Source: Alphaproteobacteria bacterium
GTDB taxonomy: Bacteria > Pseudomonadota > Alphaproteobacteria > JAVJRE01
Reading direction: 5' to 3'
Length of the DNA stretch: 64,000 bases
Assembly: GCA_040218575.1 (NCBI GenBank)
Contig: JAVJRE010000005.1
Coordinates: forward strand, 26,419-90,418
The translations under genes and the position numbers were made by a program. Shown piece by piece: positions 46,564 to 57,083 of the stretch. Under the pieces are notes generated by a model. It was not told the origin of the DNA. It worked only from the letters and a program-made list of their open reading frames with translations, and made no database searches. Every line of letters starts with the position of its first letter. The stretch's first letter is position 1.

Positions 46564-47742
46564 TCAGACGGATACGACTCCGGCGGATGAGGCGAGCCTG
46601 GCTTGCTCCCACCCCCAGTCCAGCCAGGGGAAAAGGGCGTCCAGATCGGCTCCGTCCACGGTCGCCCCAGCCCACAGGCGAAGGCCCGGCGGCGCGTCAC
46701 GATAGGTCTTGATGTCAAAGGCCACGCCATGGCGCTCCAGTGTGCCGGCCAGACTATCGATAGTGGCCGCGCGGGCGCGCTCCGGCAACGCGGTATACCA
46801 GGGCGCCACCGGGTTAAGGCAGACACTGGTCCACGAACGGCTGGCCTGATCGGCAGCGAGAAACGCCACCCAATCGGTGCGCTCCACCCAGTCTTCTATG
46901 CGCCGATAGTTGTCGCGGCTGCGACGGATGACTTCCGGGATACCACCGATCGACTCCATCCAGCCCAGCGCGTCGAGCGCGTCTTCCACACACAGCATGG
47001 AAATGGTGTTGATGGCCTCGCCACGCCAGACATGGTCCAGCGGCTCACCATTGGCGGTCAATTGATAGAGCCAGGGCAACGGCCATGACGGGGTGTGGGC
47101 GCGCAGCCGGTCAATGGCGCGGGGACCAAGCGCCAGCATGCCATGGGCCCCCTCGCCGCCCATGACCTTCTGCCAGGACCAGGTGACCACATCCAGCTTT
47201 TCCCATGGCAGGGTCATGGCGAAGGCGGCGCTTGTGGCGTCGCACATGGCCAGGCCCTGGCGATCGGCCGCGATCCAATGGCCATCCGGTATGCAAACGC
47301 CACCGGCGGTGGCGTTCCACACGAAAGTCACGTCCCGTGACCAGTCCACCCGGTTGAGGTCAGGCAGCCGCCCGTAGGGCGCCGCTATCTGTCGCACGTC
47401 CGGCAGCCTCAACCGGTCACGGGCGATATGATGCCAGCGGGCGCCGAAGGCGTCAGACCACACGCAATCCACGCCGCGCGGCCCCAGAAGATTCCACATG
47501 GCAGACTCGAATGCGCCGGAATCAGAACCGGGAACGATGGCCAGGCTGAAGTCGTCCGGCAGGCCCAGCAGCCGCCGGCTTCGGGCAATCAGTTCATGCG
47601 CTTTTGCGTTGCTGGCCGGCGAGCGGTGCAGACGCGACACCGCAGCACCCGCCAGCACATCGGGCGACCAGCCAGGCCGCTTGGCGGTCGGCCCGGACGA
47701 GAAGTGCGGCCGGGCCGGACGCAGATTGGGTTGGGCGATCAT
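46564..47742 (-). CDS. serC: Phosphoserine aminotransferase (alphaproteobacterial long type)
   Basis: RPARPHFSSGPTAKRPGW N-terminus and SWQKVMGGE (PLP lysine region). ATG at 47742 with GGAG upstream. Confidence 0.8.
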   Translation of the reverse strand: MIAQPNLRPARPHFSSGPTAKRPGWSPDVLAGAAVSRLHRSPASNAKAHELIARSRRLLGLPDDFSLAIVPGSDSGAFESAMWNLLGPRGVDCVWSDAFGARWHHIARDRLRLPDVRQIAAPYGRLPDLNRVDWSRDVTFVWNATAGGVCIPDGHWIAADRQGLAMCDATSAAFAMTLPWEKLDVVTWSWQKVMGGEGAHGMLALGPRAIDRLRAHTPSWPLPWLYQLTANGEPLDHVWRGEAINTISMLCVEDALDALGWMESIGGIPEVIRRSRDNYRRIEDWVERTDWVAFLAADQASRSWTSVCLNPVAPWYTALPERARAATIDSLAGTLERHGVAFDIKTYRDAPPGLRLWAGATVDGADLDALFPWLDWGWEQARLASSAGVVSV

Positions 47743-47813
47743 CACACGCACTCCGGGCCCCGGGGGCAGCCTCGGCGCCGCCCCGGCGCATCCATCCGGG
47801 TGGCAGGAAGCTC

Positions 47814-48479
47814 TTATTCAGCGGCCTGGCGAGGCGCCAGTCTTGCCCGCCAGGATTCAACGAACGACTCCGGCGGATTGGCCGTCTGCCGGGCCGACTC
47901 CCGTTGGCGCATGACGTCGACCCACTTCAGCGTGTGGACGCAGTCGGCAGGTATGGCGATACCGCGCGCCTCGGCCAGGGCGGTCCAGCGCTCAAACCAT
48001 GGCCAATAGGTGATATCCACCAGGCTGACATCACGGCCCAGCCAGTAGGGACCGTCAGCGAAGCGGGCAAGACCATTGCTCTCCATGGTATGGACATGGG
48101 CCATAAGCGTGTCGACCGCCGCCTTGTCCGCATCGGGATGATATATCACCGCGCCATAGGCAGCGGTGAAACGGGTATTGGCGAAATCAATCCAGATGCG
48201 GGCCCAGGCGCGCAGATAGGGATCGCGCGGCAGCAGCGCCGGCTGCGGAAAGATCTCATCAAGATATTCATTGATGATGGCGGACTCGAACACCACCTCA
48301 TCGCCACGCCGGACCACCGGCACCTTGCCGTATGGCGACAGGCGCAAGAACCAGTCCGGTTTGTTGGACAGGTCAACGGCCTTGTAGTCAAAGTCGACAC
48401 CCTTTTCGACCAGCGCCATGCGGCTGCGCTGGGCATAGGGACAAGTCTTGGTGCTGACAATTTCGATGTCGGCCATCAC
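47814..48479 (-). CDS. Glutathione S-transferase family protein
   Basis: CPYAQRSRMALVEKGV...GKVPVV...ESAIINEYLDE thioredoxin-like N-domain. Confidence 0.75.
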   Translation of the reverse strand: MMADIEIVSTKTCPYAQRSRMALVEKGVDFDYKAVDLSNKPDWFLRLSPYGKVPVVRRGDEVVFESAIINEYLDEIFPQPALLPRDPYLRAWARIWIDFANTRFTAAYGAVIYHPDADKAAVDTLMAHVHTMESNGLARFADGPYWLGRDVSLVDITYWPWFERWTALAEARGIAIPADCVHTLKWVDVMRQRESARQTANPPESFVESWRARLAPRQAAE

Positions 48480-48540
48480 GCATATCTCCCGCTTTGTTTC
48501 ACCCCATCATAGGGTGCGGCAAAGGCCACGGCCAGCCGCC

Positions 48541-48954
48541 TCAAGACCGCCGCAGGCGGCCAAAGGCGCTGTCCAGCGGGGCAAGCCCGATACGCGGGTA
48601 GTATTCCATCGCCATCGGCGCCGATAGCAGAATGAGAGAAACCTTGTCGCCGCCGGCCAGACGGTGAGTTTCCGCCACCAGCCGGCGGCCGATGCCCTGA
48701 CGCTGCGCGGCGCGGTCCACCGCCAGATCAGCCAGATAACAGCAGGACTGGAAATCCGTAATGGCCCGCGACACACCCAGCAGAACACCGTGCGCGCGCG
48801 CCGTCAGGACCAGATCGCTGTTCGCCAGCATGGCGGCCATGCGCTGCACCTGATCGACCGGTCGCCGTTCGGCCAGACCGGAGCGGCGCAGCACGTCGAT
48901 GAAGTCCGTCACCGGCAGGTCGGCCTGGGCCGCGATGATCACGGAGTCAGCCAT
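48541..48954 (-). CDS. GNAT-family N-acetyltransferase
   Basis: Acetyl-CoA motif LAVDRAAQRQGIGRRLV. The ATG at 48954 overlaps the thiD end by 8 nt. Confidence 0.7.
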   Translation of the reverse strand: MADSVIIAAQADLPVTDFIDVLRRSGLAERRPVDQVQRMAAMLANSDLVLTARAHGVLLGVSRAITDFQSCCYLADLAVDRAAQRQGIGRRLVAETHRLAGGDKVSLILLSAPMAMEYYPRIGLAPLDSAFGRLRRS

Positions 48955-49762
48955 CAGCCGTGTCGCTACACTGTGCGGCCGCGTGACCAAGCGGGCCTTG
49001 CCCGTGGCCCAGGCCAGGCGCCCGGATGATCGCTTGCCGGACAAAGGCGCGGGCCCGGGCCACCGCCTTGTCGAGCGGGATGCCGGCCGCCAGCCCGCAG
49101 GCTATGGCCGCGGCCAGGGTACAGCCGGTTCCATGGGTGTTGCGCGAGGCAATCCGCGCATCCGCAAACCGCGTCACGCCGCCGGACCATAGCAGCAGGT
49201 CCACCACCTGCTGGCCCGGCATATGGCCGCCCTTGACCAGAACAGCGCCGGCGCCGCGCTTTTTCAGACTCTCCGCCGCCCGCGCCATGTCTGCCGTGTC
49301 ATGGATAGACATGCCGGCCAGGCTTTCGGCCTCCGGCACGTTAGGAGTCAGCAGACTGGTCAGCGGCAGGAGGGCGGACAGGAGGGCGTTGACCGCGTCA
49401 CGGTCGAGCAGGCGGGCACCGCCCTTGGCGACCATGACCGGATCCACCACAACCGGCACACCGGAGCGCTGCGACAGCGCCTGAGCAACGGTTTCGATAA
49501 CCTCCACACTGTGCAGCATTCCGGTCTTGACCGCATCAACGCCGATATCGTCAAACGCCATGTGAATCTGGCGGCGAATGAAACTGGCCGGCACCGGCTG
49601 GACGGCGCCTACCCCACGGGTGTCCTGAGCAGTGAGCGCGGTAATCGCCGTCTGGCAGTAGCCGCCAAGAGCCATGACCGTCTTGATGTCCGCCTGAATA
49701 CCGGCGCCGGCGCCGGAATCAGACCCGGCAATTGTCAGAACGCGGGGCACGGGCGTGGTCAA
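48947..49762 (-). CDS. thiD: Hydroxymethylpyrimidine/phosphomethylpyrimidine kinase
   Basis: [21 protein letters not shown]...[11 protein letters not shown]...[12 protein letters not shown]. Confidence 0.92.
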   Translation of the reverse strand: MTTPVPRVLTIAGSDSGAGAGIQADIKTVMALGGYCQTAITALTAQDTRGVGAVQPVPASFIRRQIHMAFDDIGVDAVKTGMLHSVEVIETVAQALSQRSGVPVVVDPVMVAKGGARLLDRDAVNALLSALLPLTSLLTPNVPEAESLAGMSIHDTADMARAAESLKKRGAGAVLVKGGHMPGQQVVDLLLWSGGVTRFADARIASRNTHGTGCTLAAAIACGLAAGIPLDKAVARARAFVRQAIIRAPGLGHGQGPLGHAAAQCSDTADG

Positions 49763-51102
49763 CCGGCCTCCAGAGCGCGGGCCAGACCGTCAACAATGGC
49801 GACGACCCGCTGCTGGTCCTCTCCCTCCGCCATGACCCGAACCACAGGCTCGGTGCCAGACTTGCGGACCAGAATACGGCCAGCGGCGGCCAGGCTGGCT
49901 TCCGCCTGCGCCAGGCTATCGCGGAAAGACGCGCTATCGAGCCGGGCAATGGCGCGGTCACCGCGCACACTGCGCAGGACCTGCGGCAGTGGCGTGAAGG
50001 GATGGCCGATCTCGCTCAGGCGCTTGCCGGACTTGACCAGCACACCCAGCACCTGCAGGCCGGCGATCAGGCCATCGCCGGTGGTGGCGTGGTCACTCAT
50101 GATCAGGTGGCCCGACTGCTCGCCGCCCAGATTAGCGCCGCTTTCCGCCATCTGCTCCAGAACATAGCGGTCGCCCACCGGCGCCCGGTCGAGGCGTATG
50201 CCAAGGCCCGACAGATGACGCTCAAGCGCCAGATTGCTCATGACCGTGGCAACCACCGAGGGCGTCGCCAGGCGCTGCGACGCGGCCCAGTCGGCGGCGA
50301 TGACCGCCAGCATCTTGTCGCCGTCCAGCAAAGCGCCTGTCTCATCACACATGATGATACGGTCGGCGTCCCCGTCCAGGGCGATGCCGGCATCGGCCTT
50401 GTGAAAGCGCACCTGATCGACCATGCGCTCTGTATCCGTGGCGCCGCAGCGGGCATTGATATTGAAACCGTCGGGCTCCACGGCAAGCGGTATGACATCG
50501 GCCCCCAGTTCCCACAGGACACTGGGGCCAACCCGATAGGCGGCGCCATTGGCACAATCGATGACGATGCGCAGGCCATTGAGGCTGAGGCCCGGCGGCA
50601 GGGTCTGCTTGACGAACTGGATATAGCGTCCCTGGGCGTCGTCGAGCCGGCGGGCGCGACCCAGATCCCTGGGCGAGGCCAGGTGGTCCTCTACGCCGTT
50701 TTCCACCAGCGCCCCGATCTTGCCTTCGATGGCGTCCGACAGCTTGCCGCCGTCCGGGCCGAACAGCTTTATGCCATTGTCCTGAAACGGGTTATGCGAG
50801 GCAGAGATCATCACCCCGAGATCGGCCCTGAGCGAACGGGCCAGCATGGCCACGGCGGGCGTCGGCAGCGGTCCGAGCAGGACCACGTCCATGCCCATGG
50901 AAATGAACCCGGCCGTCATGGCCGGCTCCAGCATATAGCCAGACAGACGCGTATCCTTGCCGATGACCGCCAGCCGATGGGGGCCGTCGCGGCGAAAATG
51001 CATACCCGCGGCCATGGCGACACGCAACGCCGTCGCCGCAGTCATGGGCTCGGTGTTGGCTGTGCCGCGGACGCCGTCAGTGCCGAACAGGGTGCGTGTC
51101 AT
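49759..51102 (-). CDS. glmM: Phosphoglucosamine mutase
   Basis: LFGTDGVRG, active-site [29 protein letters not shown]. Confidence 0.95.
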   Translation of the reverse strand: MTRTLFGTDGVRGTANTEPMTAATALRVAMAAGMHFRRDGPHRLAVIGKDTRLSGYMLEPAMTAGFISMGMDVVLLGPLPTPAVAMLARSLRADLGVMISASHNPFQDNGIKLFGPDGGKLSDAIEGKIGALVENGVEDHLASPRDLGRARRLDDAQGRYIQFVKQTLPPGLSLNGLRIVIDCANGAAYRVGPSVLWELGADVIPLAVEPDGFNINARCGATDTERMVDQVRFHKADAGIALDGDADRIIMCDETGALLDGDKMLAVIAADWAASQRLATPSVVATVMSNLALERHLSGLGIRLDRAPVGDRYVLEQMAESGANLGGEQSGHLIMSDHATTGDGLIAGLQVLGVLVKSGKRLSEIGHPFTPLPQVLRSVRGDRAIARLDSASFRDSLAQAEASLAAAGRILVRKSGTEPVVRVMAEGEDQQRVVAIVDGLARALEAG

Positions 51103-51186
51103 GGCAGGCCTCCACCGGACGGTCCGTCCGGCCTGTGGGTCTTATATCACGCTCCGGCGCGGCCAGAACCGGCCTGACCGCCCCTG

Positions 51187-52332
51187 TCAGGACGGCGCCG
51201 CCCGCGCCACGGCGCGCCACAGGGCCAGGGCCTGGACCGTGGCGGCCACATCGTGCACACGCAGGATGCCAACCCCGGCGCGGACGCCGGCCAGGGCCAC
51301 CGCCAGCGACCCCGGCAGCCGCTGGCGCGCCGTCTCGCCACGGCTCAGGCGCGCGATGAAGCCCTTGCGCGACGCACCCAGCACAATCGGGCAGCCCAGG
51401 CCATGCAGGAGCTCCAGCCAGTGAAGGATCTGCAGGTTGTGGGCGACGGTCTTACCGAAGCCGATACCGGGGTCAATGGCCATGCGGTGGCGGGCAATAC
51501 CCGCCGCCTCCGCCGCTGCGATGCGGTCCGCCAGATAGTCGAACACGTCCAGCGGCGCGCACGCGTAGCGCGGATTGTCCTGCATGGTGCGCGGATCGCC
51601 CTGCATGTGCATAAGAATGATGGACGGTTCAGCCCCCTCCCTGGTGGCCAGGGCGGGCACGGTGATCAGGCTGCTGTCGTCGCCGGCCAGCGCGGTCACA
51701 TCGTTTATGACAGTCGCTCCCACACTGACGGCAGCGGTCATGACCGCGGCCCGTCGCGAATCAACCGACAGAACCGGCCCGGCGCCGACAAGACCGCCGA
51801 TCACCGGAAGCACCCGTTCGATCTCTTCCGCCGGATCGACCGGGGTCGCTCCCGGCCGGGTGCTCTCACCCCCGATATCCAGTATATCCGCGCCGTCGTC
51901 CACCATGGTCTGGCCACGGGCAATGGCCGCCGCCGCGTCGGCGAACTGGCCGCCGTCGGAAAAGCTGTCCGGCGTCACATTGACGATGCCCATGACCCGG
52001 GTGCGGACCAGCGAAAGGCCGGCAAAGGCTGTTGCCCGCCGCCGCACCCGCTCTTGCAACAGCGCCAAACGGTCCTGCACCGCTGTCGACTGAGCGGCCG
52101 ACCAGGCGGCCAGACCATCCGGCGCAACCCGCACCGCCAGCGCACCACCGGTCCGCCGCACCAGGATGTCCCACCCGGCCGGAACCGTGCTCGGGCCAGG
52201 CGCGGCATGGTCGAATACAGGGCGCAGATAGACACTGCGCGCGGCAATGTCCGTGATCGCCGGCAGCGCATCCACAGCACTGACGCGCTCTATGACCTGA
52301 TCAACAGTGGGGGTTTGATCAACAGAGGACAT
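51187..52332 (-). CDS. folP: Dihydropteroate synthase with an N-terminal extension of about 113 residues
   Basis: The pterin-binding core starts at MGIVNVTPDSFSDGG, followed by DIGGESTRPG. The ORF is continuous upstream to the ATG at 52332. Confidence 0.85.
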   Translation of the reverse strand: MSSVDQTPTVDQVIERVSAVDALPAITDIAARSVYLRPVFDHAAPGPSTVPAGWDILVRRTGGALAVRVAPDGLAAWSAAQSTAVQDRLALLQERVRRRATAFAGLSLVRTRVMGIVNVTPDSFSDGGQFADAAAAIARGQTMVDDGADILDIGGESTRPGATPVDPAEEIERVLPVIGGLVGAGPVLSVDSRRAAVMTAAVSVGATVINDVTALAGDDSSLITVPALATREGAEPSIILMHMQGDPRTMQDNPRYACAPLDVFDYLADRIAAAEAAGIARHRMAIDPGIGFGKTVAHNLQILHWLELLHGLGCPIVLGASRKGFIARLSRGETARQRLPGSLAVALAGVRAGVGILRVHDVAATVQALALWRAVARAAPS

Positions 52333-52411
52333 GACAGCAACAAATCGCAGACCCGGATGAACCCTGCCCGTGCCGGTTCACCCGGCGCGTGGCACAGCCC
52401 CGTAGCCCGGC

Positions 52412-54364
52412 TCAGGAGCCCGGCTGGGGCTCCGGCGCCATTCCCCCGGAGCCATCCTTGCCGCGGCCGCCGGCGCTGGGCACCGACGACGCCGGCGCTT
52501 CCGGCTTTGCCGGATCGCTGCCCCGCGGCGGCGCAGAATCCGTATCCTCTGGCCGACTGATGCTGTCACCGCGGGCCAGCGCCTTGATTTCTTCACCGGT
52601 CAGCGATTCATACTCCAGCAGACCCTGGGCGATACGTTCCAGCTCATCGCGCCGTTCCGTCAGAATCTTGCGGCAGGCGACCTCCGCCGTATCAATGATG
52701 GCACGCACCTCTTTGTCGATGAGGCGCGCGGTGTCATCCGACACGTTCTTACGCTGGGTCACCGAGTGTCCGAGGAACACTTCCTCGTCATTGTCGTCAT
52801 AACGCAGCGGACCGAGAACATCGCTGAGGCCCCATTCGGTGACCATCTTGCGAGCGATCTTGGTGGCCTGCGAAATATCGTTGGAGGCGCCGGTCGTAAC
52901 CTTGTTACGGCCAAACACCAATTCTTCCGCCACACGGCCACCAAGGGCGATGACCAGAAACTGCTCCAGTTGCTCGCGGGTCTGCGACAACTGGTCTTTT
53001 TCCGGCAGACGCATGACCATGCCCAGCGCACGGCCACGGGGAATGATCGTCGCCTTGTGGATAGGATCGGACGCCGGCGAGTGAATCGTCGCCAGCGCGT
53101 GACCGGCCTCATGATAGGCGGTCAGCGTCTTTTCCTCGTCGGTCATCACCATGGAGCGCCGCTCGGCTCCCATCATAACCTTGTCCTTGGCCTCTTCGAA
53201 CTCGACCATGGCGACCATGCGCTTGTTCTTGCGCGCCGCCAGCAACGCCGCTTCGTTGACCAGATTGGCCAGATCGGCGCCGGAAAAGCCGGGTGTGCCA
53301 CGGGCGATGATGCGGGCGTCCACGTTAGGCGCCAGCGGCACCTTGCGCATGTGCACCTTCAGAATCTTTTCACGGCCCAGAACGTCAGGATTGGGCACCA
53401 CCACCTGGCGGTCGAAACGACCGGGCCGCAGCAAGGCCGGATCCAGAACGTCCGGCCGGTTGGTCGCCGCAATCAGGATGACGCCTTCATTGGTTTCAAA
53501 GCCATCCATTTCCACCAAAAGCTGATTCAGCGTCTGCTCGCGTTCGTCATTGCCACCGCCCAGACCGGCCCCACGGTGACGACCGACCGCATCAATTTCA
53601 TCGATGAAAATGATACACGGCGCATTCTTCTTGCCTTGCTCGAACATATCCCGCACGCGGCTGGCGCCGACGCCAACGAACATCTCGACGAAATCCGAAC
53701 CGGAAATCGTGAAGAACGGCACATTCGCCTCACCGGCAATGGCCCGGGCCAGCAGCGTCTTCCCGGTGCCGGGCGGACCGACCAGCAACACGCCCTTGGG
53801 AATCTTGCCGCCGAGGCGCTGAAACTTCTGGGGATCCTTGAGGAACTCCACCACTTCCTCAAGCTCCTGCTTGGCCTCATCGATCCCGGCCACATCATCG
53901 AAGGTCACCCGACCGACCTTCTCGGTCAGCAACCGCGCCCGCGACTTGCCGAAGCCCATGGCCCGGCCGCCACCGGACTGCATCTGGCGCATGAAGAAAA
54001 TCCACACACCAATCAGCAGAAGCATCGGGAACCAGGAGATCAGGATGCTCCACAACGGACTCATTCCGGAATCCGCAGGCTGGGCCTTGATGCGCACCCC
54101 GGCGCTGGTCAGTCGCTCCACCAGATTGGCGTCATTGGGCACATAGGACGTAAAGGGCTCGCCGGTGGACAGGGTGCCGCTGACATTATTTCCCTGGATC
54201 AAAACATCGGACACGCGGCCGGCGTCCACTTCCACGAGAAAGTCGGAGAAAGCCAGGCTCGTATCGCTGCTGCGCATGGAAGAGCCCTGAAAAAGATTGA
54301 ACAGAGCCACCAGCAACAGGCCGATGATGATGTATAGAGCGAGGTTCTTACCGAGATTGTTCAC
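52412..54364 (-). CDS. ftsH: ATP-dependent zinc metalloprotease FtsH
   Basis: [13 protein letters not shown] Walker A, IIFIDEID Walker B, HEAGHAL zinc motif, two N-terminal TM segments. Confidence 0.97.
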   Translation of the reverse strand: MNNLGKNLALYIIIGLLLVALFNLFQGSSMRSSDTSLAFSDFLVEVDAGRVSDVLIQGNNVSGTLSTGEPFTSYVPNDANLVERLTSAGVRIKAQPADSGMSPLWSILISWFPMLLLIGVWIFFMRQMQSGGGRAMGFGKSRARLLTEKVGRVTFDDVAGIDEAKQELEEVVEFLKDPQKFQRLGGKIPKGVLLVGPPGTGKTLLARAIAGEANVPFFTISGSDFVEMFVGVGASRVRDMFEQGKKNAPCIIFIDEIDAVGRHRGAGLGGGNDEREQTLNQLLVEMDGFETNEGVILIAATNRPDVLDPALLRPGRFDRQVVVPNPDVLGREKILKVHMRKVPLAPNVDARIIARGTPGFSGADLANLVNEAALLAARKNKRMVAMVEFEEAKDKVMMGAERRSMVMTDEEKTLTAYHEAGHALATIHSPASDPIHKATIIPRGRALGMVMRLPEKDQLSQTREQLEQFLVIALGGRVAEELVFGRNKVTTGASNDISQATKIARKMVTEWGLSDVLGPLRYDDNDEEVFLGHSVTQRKNVSDDTARLIDKEVRAIIDTAEVACRKILTERRDELERIAQGLLEYESLTGEEIKALARGDSISRPEDTDSAPPRGSDPAKPEAPASSVPSAGGRGKDGSGGMAPEPQPGS

Positions 54365-54519
54365 GTGCGCTGATCCGCCTTGCCTGCGCGACCCGAGAAG
54401 CGAGCCGCAGTTGCGTCATTGTCGTGGGTCCGGCGGCAAGCGCAACAGACTGCGCCAGACATCGTTCAGGATAGTGCCAGTATCAGTCACAAAGATACCA
54501 AGACCCAGGCCCAAACATA

Positions 54520-54543
54520 CCAAGACATAGGCCAAGACATAGG
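54520..54543. repeat. Perfect 12-bp tandem duplication CCAAGACATAGG x2 (CCTATGTCTTGG on the ftsH-coding strand), plus a third partial copy at 54495-54504
   Basis: Read directly: 54520-54531 equals 54532-54543. ATACCAAGAC also occurs at 54495-54504 and 54517-54526. Confidence 0.9.
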
Positions 54544-54555
54544 GTCGCAGCCAGA

Positions 54556-56016
54556 TTACACAATGGCGGCCTTACGCAATGGTGAACACAAACCCGCGTC
54601 AGGCGACGAAAACCCGGCCGCCACGACCGGGTGCGGCGGCTCAAAACTGAGCCTCTGGAACGGTGGAATGGCCCGGCCAGCCGCCAGATATCCCGATCCG
54701 GCGCCCAGACCCGGCACCGCCAGCACCCGGTCAGCCTGCCACAGAGCCGGCAGGGAAAAACGGGCCGGGGCCGGCGGCGCGGTGCGGGCCAGGTCCGGGC
54801 GCAGGCGCCGGACCTCGGACCAGCCCGCGACGGTCAGGGCGCCGACCGCCATGTCCGCCTGCCGGTAGGCAGGATCCAGGCAAAACGCAAACCTTCCGTC
54901 CCACCGGCCACGCTCCCTGGCGGCCACAGGGCGCGTTCGCGCCACTTCGCGCACTACCAGCAGGGCCGCACCGCGGACGACCACATGGCAGCCGGCCAGT
55001 GTCGCCCCTCCGGCCCCGGCGATGAGTCGCGTCGCCGCCCTGTCCGCCTGCCGCAGCCGCGGGTAGGGCACACCGGCAATGCACCGGCACAGGACCTCCA
55101 GCAAACCTGTCAGGGCAGTTGGCGAGAGGGCGCGCCAGCGGTTCAGCCAGGCGAAACCGCGCGCGTCGATGCAGACATGGCGGGCCGCCAGCCAGGCGAC
55201 ACCGCAGGCATCGGACCAGCGCATCGCGGCGGCGGACGCGGCCTGCCGCAGCCACCATGCGGAACCGCCGGCGGCGGCTTCGTCCGGCATCCCGCCCCTT
55301 GCCGCCGCATCCTGCTGTTTCAGGTGGTGGCGCATGCGACTGCGCCGCCATGCGTGGTCGTGGTTTGATGGATCCTCGATCCACGTTTCCCCCAACTGGC
55401 GAAGAGCCAGCCGGAGATCAGCCGGCGACACCGCCAGGAGCGGTCGCAGGACACGCAAACGGGGGAGGAAGAGCTGCGCGCTCATGCCCGCCCGGCCGGC
55501 CGTGCCCGAGCCGCGTTCCGCCCGCATGGCGGCGGTCTCTGCCTGGTCCAGCGCCTGATGACCGAACAGCAGATGAAGCACGTTGTGATCTTCGCACCAG
55601 CGCCCCAGCAGGTCGTAGCGCGCCTGGCGCGCCGCCGCCTGCACCCCGGTGGCGGGCTTCCGGCCCGCCCAGACCAGACGGTGGTGGGGGATGCCCCGGG
55701 CGGCCAGACGCGACCCCAGGGCGGCACACTCGGCGGCGGACTCCGACCGCAGGCCATGATCAACCGTCAGCGCCGTCACCTGGCCGCCGACGGCAGCCGT
55801 CCAGCGCCGGGCGAAATGCAGCAGGGCCACGCTGTCCGGCCCGCCAGAGACGGCTATGGCCAGGTGCGGGCAGGGTTCGAAAGGCCGGAAGAGGGCCATG
55901 GCCCGGCGAAAGGCGTCCTCACCCGGCAACCACCGATCCGGCAGGCAGGGCTGCGCCGCCGCACGGTCAGGCCCCGGCGCACCCCGGGTCAGAACGCGCG
56001 CCGGGCCAACCGTCAT
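54556..56016 (-). CDS. tilS: tRNA(Ile)-lysidine synthetase
   Basis: PP-loop motif AVSGGPDSVALL. Position between ybgF and ftsH, as in many Alphaproteobacteria. Start reset to the ATG at 56016. Confidence 0.85.
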   Translation of the reverse strand: MTVGPARVLTRGAPGPDRAAAQPCLPDRWLPGEDAFRRAMALFRPFEPCPHLAIAVSGGPDSVALLHFARRWTAAVGGQVTALTVDHGLRSESAAECAALGSRLAARGIPHHRLVWAGRKPATGVQAAARQARYDLLGRWCEDHNVLHLLFGHQALDQAETAAMRAERGSGTAGRAGMSAQLFLPRLRVLRPLLAVSPADLRLALRQLGETWIEDPSNHDHAWRRSRMRHHLKQQDAAARGGMPDEAAAGGSAWWLRQAASAAAMRWSDACGVAWLAARHVCIDARGFAWLNRWRALSPTALTGLLEVLCRCIAGVPYPRLRQADRAATRLIAGAGGATLAGCHVVVRGAALLVVREVARTRPVAARERGRWDGRFAFCLDPAYRQADMAVGALTVAGWSEVRRLRPDLARTAPPAPARFSLPALWQADRVLAVPGLGAGSGYLAAGRAIPPFQRLSFEPPHPVVAAGFSSPDAGLCSPLRKAAIV

Positions 56017-56021
56017 CGCGG

Positions 56022-56900
56022 TCAGGGACAGGACAGGTTGTCGCGCTCCGCCGCCATGCGCTGACGGATATTGCTGGCGATCGTGCGGAAGGCGGCATCC
56101 AGCTCGTCGAAGGTGGCGCAAGCCTGCTCGTTGCGGCCAAGACGCGCCAGGGACATACCAAGCTTCAGCAAATAGTCCGGCCCCTTGGTGCTGGCCGGGT
56201 AGGTCTGGTAGCCATCAACGAACGCCAGTGCCGCATTCTCAAAATCACTGCGCACATAGTAGGTTTCCCCCAGCCAGTACTGGGCGGCGGCGGCCAGATC
56301 GTCGGTCGGATGGGTCTCTACAAACTGACGCATGGCAATCTCCGCCGCGGCGAAGTCCTGGGCGAGAAGCAGGCGGCGCGCCTCATCATACTGCTCCTGC
56401 GGCGTACCGGCGGTCGGGCGGGCGGCCGCTGTCGTCGGCGCAGGATCGGCCGCCGCCGCCACGGCGCCGCCGGTTGCGCCGTCCTCCAGCGCACGCAGAC
56501 GGAAATCCATGTCAGCAACCAGCTTGTCCAGACGCTCGCGCACCTGACGGATCTCGAAGGAAAGCTCCTCCACCAGGCCGGTGGTGGTGCGCAATTCCGA
56601 TTCGAGCGTCTGCAGGCGAACCAGAAGGGCCGCGGTGTCAGCCGGCGCAGCCGATGCCGCCTGGGCAGCCTGGCCCTGGGCAGCCTGGCGGAAGACCTGC
56701 TGCTCCAGGGTGGACAGGGACCGTTCGAGGCTCTGGATGCGGGCGAGCAGCGCCTGAATGTCGTTCGGCTGCACGGTCTGGCCGGCGGCTGGCAGAGAGA
56801 ACAGGAGCCCGGCAGCCACAATCAGCCCGCCGGCAAAGGCGGCCAGATGGCGGCCAGCCAGCCCCAAGAGCGGCCCGAAGGTTGACAGTAGCGACGTCAT
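56022..56900 (-). CDS. ybgF: Tol-Pal system protein YbgF/CpoB
   Basis: Signal/TM segment, coiled-coil region, then C-terminal TPR (YWLGETYY...YLLKLGMSLARLG). Confidence 0.85.
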   Translation of the reverse strand: MTSLLSTFGPLLGLAGRHLAAFAGGLIVAAGLLFSLPAAGQTVQPNDIQALLARIQSLERSLSTLEQQVFRQAAQGQAAQAASAAPADTAALLVRLQTLESELRTTTGLVEELSFEIRQVRERLDKLVADMDFRLRALEDGATGGAVAAAADPAPTTAAARPTAGTPQEQYDEARRLLLAQDFAAAEIAMRQFVETHPTDDLAAAAQYWLGETYYVRSDFENAALAFVDGYQTYPASTKGPDYLLKLGMSLARLGRNEQACATFDELDAAFRTIASNIRQRMAAERDNLSCP

Positions 56901-57083
56901 GTCCGGTCCCTGATAGGCCCAGTCCTGGGCAACAAAAAGGCGGCGGACGACAGGCGACCGGACCTTGCGGCCCTTATCCTGTACGACCCGCCACCTGAAC
57001 ATGACGGCCATAGCCGCCCGATCCTCGACACGTCTGCAGCGGCTGCGGGCGGGCACACCGGCCCGCCCGCGCCTCTGCGGTCC

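Noticed and set aside
43206-46712. Plus-strand ORFs of 628 and 533 aa opposite the kinase-like gene and purA
   Set aside because: They are Arg/Gly/His-rich antisense frames. purA on the minus strand is unambiguous, and the kinase-like frame has an RBS and TM/kinase features.
49732-56998. Plus-strand ORFs of 481, 435, 523, 588 and 380 aa opposite glmM, folP, ftsH, tilS and ybgF
   Set aside because: All are antisense to genes with textbook motifs, and their composition is typical of non-coding frames in high-GC DNA.
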